Shown here piece by piece: positions 53,301 to 57,090 of a stretch of 57,090 nt of DNA. The position numbers were made by a program, and so were the translations under genes. Position 1 is the stretch's first letter; every line of letters starts with the position of its first letter. Below the pieces are notes generated by a model. That model saw nothing but the letters and a program-made list of their open reading frames with translations. It did not search any database and was not told where the DNA came from. This DNA is from Phoronis australis. Its lineage: Eukaryota; Animalia; Phoronida. Location of the stretch: NCBI GenBank assembly GCA_002633005.1, contig NMRA01000044.1, positions 1,010,362-1,067,451 on the forward strand. Reading direction: 5' to 3'.

Positions 53301-56300
53301 CACTAAACTGGTGTTAACAAATATAAGAAAATTGATGATTTTTAAATAAAAAGTATGAGGAGTAAGATAAACAAGTTCCAATATTCACTTGACATTGAAG
53401 TATAAAAGAGTTCGTGGAGACAGTTTGAGATTCATAGATCCTTGTAATTGTTAATGTTCATTGAAATTATAGACACATGGTTAGCAGAGACACCTGGTGG
53501 CTGCCAAAAGTATTGCTCACAGGCTACTTTAGTTTCTGACAATATTGGACAAGACAACTAGTTTTTGTCTGTCAATCATCTAAGTTCTTAACAGGTCCTC
53601 CTGGAGGCAATTTGTTTGCAAGTGTTGGATTTTATATTTTAACCTATTAAAATTAATTAAAAAAGTATGGGTCATGGGTTGGAGAAATAAATGGAAAATA
53701 TGGGCGGTGGGTACGAAATAAAAGTGCCTTCCCCTCCCATACAGATGTTGCTGGAACAGCCCTAAATTAGATTTTGTTCTTTAGTATTTTTTTCACTGAG
53801 GTAGTGTAAGCATGCAGCTGAAGTTTTTATTGTATTGTGTGAATTAGGACACCATCGCCTGAAAAGAAAGCCAAGTCTCCATCTCCAAAGCATAAGACTT
53901 CGCGCAAAAGAAGCAAGTCATCGCCCCGTAGAAGTAAATCTCCACGTCGTAGGAGTGGTTCACAAAGACGCCGAAGCAAATCTCCACGACGACGAAGTCG
54001 ATCACCTCGACGACGAAACAGCCGGTCACCACGACGACGCAGTGGGTCACCGCGGCGACGTAGTCGGTCACCGCGGCGACGCAGTCGGTCGCCGCGGTTC
54101 AGTCGACAGATGAGAAGAAGAAGTCCTTCTCCGCGGCGTAGATCGCCTCTAAGGCGTCGGTCCCCATCACCGCGGTTCCGTGGGCGAAGGCGCAGCGCCT
54201 CACCGGGCTTGCGGAGAAGTGTGTCTCCACGAACTCGGCGAGGGGGTTCTCCTAGTCCCCCCAGACGACGAAATGTGAGGAGGTAATGTTCAGTTTGAGT
54301 TTGTGCTTTGCACATGTGATGACAATTTTATGGCTGGGCAACTAGCCTCAATAATTTTATTTTACTTTGTATTTAATGCTGCGTTTTGCCCTGTTTAGCT
54401 GTGACCTCATCATATTCCTTACATTGATAGGGTTCCGTTTCCATGACTACATAACACACAGGCAATGCTCCGTTTTGGAATTTGCACTTTTATGGTTGGT
54501 CAACCCCAGTAAAGTCTGAAGCATTTTCTGGGGTTGCTGATGATTCCGATGTCCTTGTTCGTTGTGGAATGAAGACTTATCATGGTTAGGAATGTTCCAA
54601 AACCAATTTCTATTTCCTTTGTCCAGGCAGCTATTGTGGCAGAATGCAGCTTTAATATGTACAACTTATTTATGTACCATTTCTGCAAAGGCACTTGTTT
54701 ATTAATCTCGAAATAGGTTTGTGTTTTAGCATTCATGTACATCTTAGTTGTGTGACTATAACTCAGAAGTCAGTTGGGATACTTCAATAGACCAAATTAA
54801 TTTTTTACAATTGCAGACTGCTTAATTAGTAATTATGTTGTAATTTATTGTGGCAGTATTCCAAATGTGTATTTCTGAAGCGTTATTGTGTACTTCCCAT
54901 AGAGGTCGGTCATCTTCCTCATCGTCGTCCTCCAGCTCCAGTGGCTCAGAGTCTCCACCCCCAAAGGCAGCAGCGAAAAAGGCAGCGCCCGCCAAGCAGC
55001 CAGACGAAAAGGTAATTTTGCGGTGTCTCTTGTGGGATTTGTTTTTTAAGTGGCAGTAAATTTGCGTTCCGTTAAAGAAACTAATTTCTGATTGAGACCT
55101 CTTACTGGTGGAAATTGGACTCGCTCAGAGAAGTGATTTTTGGTCATGAAGAAAACTGATAGCTCGTTATCCGTGGAGACCATGCTTGGCAAATAGAGTG
55201 ACACGCCGTGACAAGTCAAATTGTAGATCCTGATCTCAAGCAATATTGATCTGTCGGCTCTTCCGAAGCCCTGAAATAACCTACAATTTGACTAAGGAAC
55301 AATTTGAAACCAGCTTTATACGAGTCAGCCGTCTAAATCAAAAGATGGTTTTGTGATGGACGGTGGGTTTATATGCACTTAAAAGGATATGTCACATGCG
55401 GAATGTTTTGCCATATCATTTGTGCCCTATTATACAGACTGAAGTTTAGATGACACTCTTTTATAGAAAAGGGATAATTCGAAAGGTTTTTCAAATACAA
55501 TAAAATACATTTAAGTCGGACATGTGTATGCCAGGTTTTCGTTTAACTCGGACAACATTCAGCAGTATTGCTGTTCTGGGCTGTGTGTTTGACCCTTCAA
55601 ATGAGTCTGATTTCGTCGTATGCGCATGAAATTTCACGATCCGCTTGGATTTAACTTGCGCATGTTTTACTCTAGGGCTATTGATATGTGATGTGTCTAC
55701 CGAGCCAAGGTATGGTTATCAGAAGCTGTTGTGAATTAAATCCAGACTCTTTGTAAACCTGTGGTAGTCTGTCTGTCGAACATACAACCGTGTTAACTTT
55801 CCAGGCTGAAGAAGGGGAAGATAGTTCTAAAACTGCTGGAAAGGCCGGACGTCACTATCGTAACCGCGCCGACAGTGACTCGTCTTCAGAGGACGAGACG
55901 GAGGTTAAGAAACCGGGTAAAGTATTAACCCTATTGCTTCATATGTGATTGACAGCAATTGTTTGCTGATATTGGACTATGTGTCAAACAAATTTGCGTT
56001 GCTGTTAGACACAAAATTGCCAATTACCAGAACCTCGTTTATGTGTTTTTCAAAATAAAGGCAGAAATGTGTTTAGAGAGTAACAGTCTTTCATATCAAG
56101 TCATTTTTGAGGACAATATTTTTCATTTGCGTAACATTACATTCTTGTTGGGGTCTAAATGAGATTTTCCCTATTTGAATATGATGGACTTGTGTATAAT
56201 GTATATCATTGCCAACCTTACTTACATTCTCACCCATCATCATCATTTTTGACTGATTTATTCTGCACAGCGAACTTTTGTTAAGTCTGCTCTACCCATG

Positions 56301-56471
56301 CCATTGATTTAATGTTCTTTCATTTAATTCTTCTCAAACAGTCAGAAAGAAGGCAGCCTCAAGCTCTTCAAGGTCACCTTCACCACCGAAACGTGGTCAG
56401 CCATCACCGCGGCGACGCTCTGTTTCTCCACGGCGCCGGTCACCATCACCTAGACGACGTAGTCCTGACAG
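44356..56471 (+). CDS. SRRM1: Serine/arginine repetitive matrix protein 1 (SRm160): PWI domain plus RS region; 3' end lies outside the window
   Basis: Exons 44356-44379 (MTDAGFFK), 46610-46699 (GTSADQDNRFSDK), 47392-47514 (IDMTKVNLDTLKPWITQRV), 49180-49350 (QINVTGFLNGKNARIF), 50041-50150, 50878-51123, 52748-52828, 53848-54282 (RRRSRSP repeats), 54903-55011, 55805-55916, 56342-56471. All GT-AG and phase-compatible. Confidence 0.95.
44660..46134. mobile_element. Merlin-like non-autonomous element with long TIRs and an 8-bp TSD, hosting the foldback insertion
   Basis: Termini GGTAATTG...CAATTGCC. Inverted similarity is near-perfect over the outer ~70-85 bp and patchy out to ~190 bp. TSD GCTTTGGC at 44652-44659 and 46135-46142. 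GGNRM termini with an 8-bp TSD are typical of Merlin. Confidence 0.7.
45110..45778. mobile_element. Foldback non-autonomous DNA transposon with 313-bp arms, 43-bp spacer and 8-bp TSD (termini CACAGG...CCTGTG; P- or hAT-like)
   Basis: 45110-45422 is the reverse complement of 45466-45778 with about 3 differences seen by eye. Flanked by the direct repeat GTCAAATG (45102-45109 and 45779-45786). Confidence 0.9.
47845..47979. repeat. 45-bp minisatellite, 3 copies, in SRRM1 intron 3
   Basis: TGAACAGCTGTC recurs at 47866, 47911 and 47956. Confidence 0.85.
51456..51535. repeat. 40-bp tandem duplication
   Basis: AGTCTCAACAATACTTAGGTACATTAAGATAACRCATATC x2. Confidence 0.9.
52951..53762. mobile_element. 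PIF/Harbinger-like MITE in SRRM1 intron 7
   Basis: TIR GGGCTGTTCCAG...CTGGAACAGCCC with further subterminal inverted similarity; TAA on both flanks. Confidence 0.75.
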
Positions 56472-56747
56472 GTTTGTGTGTTACCGGTATACACACTTTG
56501 CATTCTAAAGTTGCCAGCTTGTTAGTGAAACAAACAAAATCTGCGTTGACTAAGTTGGTTCTTTCCACTGGCAATAGTCGGAGTAACGTGCCCATATTTT
56601 GAGAACCAGTTTGATGCCCGTAATTCAATGGAGAAAACTGGTTCTCAAAATTCGGGCATGTTATATCTGAACATTACCCTTTGCATTTATAGCATAGTCT
56701 TTTTATGGTGCGTAACGGTTTGTTTCTTTTAATCGTGAACTACATGA

Positions 56748-57090
56748 GGGCTGTTCCAGTAAAATCCGTGTGGGAGGGGGGGGACGGCAGCAGAAATAAA
56801 AATTCATGGGTGGTGGTCTTCAGAAAAAAACTCAAATTATGGGTGGTCGTTCCTGTAAGAAGTGATGCATTAAAAATGGGTGGTATTTTTTGACCTGTTA
56901 ATGTTGATCCCAATAAAAAAGAGCCCATATTGCCAGTGAACAGAGTGCAATATGTTCACTAAGCCATTAAACAAGTCATGGGCAACTTGATTTGAGTCAA
57001 CTGTTTGTCTGCAGTCCTATTGAATTGAAGTTATGCAACACTAAACTGGTTTTAACACATATAAGAAAATTGATGATTTTTAAATAAAAA
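56748..57090. mobile_element. Second copy of the Harbinger-like MITE, truncated by the window end
   Basis: High similarity to 52951-~53350, starting at the same TIR, with an internal deletion. Confidence 0.8.

Noticed and set aside
53827-54315. Arg-rich 162-aa minus-strand ORF with RRRGDRL repeats (also 50830-51142)
   Set aside because: Antisense shadow of the SRRM1 RS-repeat exons.

Overview
AT-rich, intron-containing animal DNA, probably from an invertebrate given the U2 variant, the MITE load and the intact motile-cilia gene. I assembled four spliced genes by hand from splice signals and frame continuity. (1) ODAD1/CCDC114-CCDC63 outer dynein arm docking subunit: minus strand, 10 coding exons, 558 aa, with an RFX X-box promoter, lying head-to-head with a U2 snRNA gene. 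(2) An unnamed minus-strand protein built from RxxTMxx(T/V)xxE(G/A) repeats that straddle exon junctions, with two duplicated 117-nt exons, a large acidic exon and a basic tail. (3) A small Cys-rich single-pass receptor-like gene (signal peptide, Cys-rich domain, stalk, TM) whose spliced frame has one in-frame TGA just before the TM exon. (4) SRRM1/SRm160: plus strand, 11 exons, running off the window. Its intron 1 holds a near-perfect 669-bp foldback element nested inside a Merlin-like element, and its intron 3 holds candidate poison exons. Intergenic DNA carries several MITE families (several copies with 5-bp TSDs), two 3' LINE remnants, a palindromic satellite and two N gaps. No prokaryotic features or CRISPR arrays were seen. 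All gene models are manual and untested against transcripts.
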